From: Thermoplasmatota archaeon
Lineage (GTDB): Archaea; Thermoplasmatota; Penumbrarchaeia; Penumbrarchaeales; Penumbrarchaeaceae
DNA: 16,121 bases
Assembly (NCBI GenBank): GCA_965234725.1
Contig: CBDDUX010000100.1
Span: forward strand, 1-16,121
Direction of reading: 5' to 3'
The notes below the pieces were generated by a model that saw nothing but the letters and a program-made list of their open reading frames with translations, was not told the origin of the DNA and ran no database searches. Both the position numbers and the translations under genes were made by a program. Positions within the stretch are counted from its first letter, which is position 1. The number at the start of each line of letters is the position of its first letter. Shown here piece by piece: positions 15,695-16,121 of this stretch.

Positions 15695-15928
15695 TCATTC
15701 ATCATCGGAGTTCAAAAAGTCATCCAGGTCATCTTCAGAGAGATAATCTCCTTCTATCATCTTCTTAACTTCCTCTCTGTGCTCTTCAAGAATATTCCTG
15801 TAAAATTCCTCTTCTGAGATCTCATCCATCATTTCATTGAGAACATCATCAAATGTCATGTTAGCGTGTTTATAATAGACAAGTCTCTCATATGTTTCTG
15901 GATTAACGTTGATCGTCCTGTAGGGCAT
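15695..15928 (-). CDS. Putative antitoxin (archaeal VapB/RHH-like N-terminus, acidic C-terminus)
   Basis: RTINVNPETYERL..YK..NMTFDDVLNEMM DNA-binding pattern, very acidic tail, 77 aa, directly upstream of relE. Confidence 0.82.
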   Translation of the reverse strand: MPYRTINVNPETYERLVYYKHANMTFDDVLNEMMDEISEEEFYRNILEEHREEVKKMIEGDYLSEDDLDDFLNSDDE

Positions 15929-15962
15929 GTTATCAATAACTACAACAGTTATAATAGTTATT
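15929..15962. promoter_or_regulatory. Putative TA operator/promoter with repeated GTTAT/ATAAC half-sites
   Basis: GTTAT-CA-ATAAC (15929-40), ATAACT-N5-AGTTAT (15936-52) and a further GTTAT (15957-61). These overlap a - strand TATTATAA box about 21-28 nt from the ATG; no RBS, so likely leaderless. Confidence 0.55.
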
Positions 15963-16121
15963 ATGTTTTTCTATGAATGTTCCTCGATCCACCCAATGAA
16001 GGAAAATTTCATTAACCAAAATGGCACTTTAATGACGCAAGGGGGTCTCAGGAAGAGATTCCCAGACTGGACGTACGTGTTATAAAAGGGTAACGGCGAG
16101 GTGGGGTGGAGTTCAAGGCGA

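Noticed and set aside
16041..16121. Hairpin GGGGGTCTC/GAGATTCCC, TTATAAAA box and possible GTG start (MEFKA...) at 16106
   Set aside because: Truncated by the window edge; too little sequence to call a CDS or RNA gene.
1..16121. CRISPR array, tRNA, rRNA, transposase or integrase
   Set aside because: No regularly spaced repeats, cloverleaf, rRNA signatures or recombinase/transposase motifs seen.

Overview
Archaeal-looking window: TATA-like boxes, GGAGGTGA-type ribosome-binding sites, and por gamma-delta-alpha-beta plus iorAB gene order. A Thermoplasmatota-like anaerobe is my guess, not a determination. The left two-thirds is a co-oriented anaerobic 2-oxoacid/acyl-CoA cluster: an AMP-forming acyl-CoA synthetase, a four-subunit pyruvate/2-ketoisovalerate:ferredoxin oxidoreductase, indolepyruvate:ferredoxin oxidoreductase iorAB, a single-subunit 2-hydroxyacyl-CoA-dehydratase-family Fe-S protein with its ATP-dependent activator, and a secreted protein with a Cys-Cys-Gly-Gly/TM/basic tail. 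Next come a tandem-duplicated DUF3068/PorA-like membrane protein, a RimJ/RimL GNAT, dodecin and a membrane-anchored hypothetical. The AT-rich right end holds two head-to-head paralogous ATP-cone + double-psi-beta-barrel-like small proteins and a RelE-type toxin-antitoxin pair whose toxin seems to start at a non-canonical ATT, in frame with the antitoxin stop. Three non-coding stretches are unusually structured: 26-388, the por leader 2235-2343, and 12048-12170 behind its own TATA-like box. All family calls are by motif recognition only; no searches or folding programs were run.
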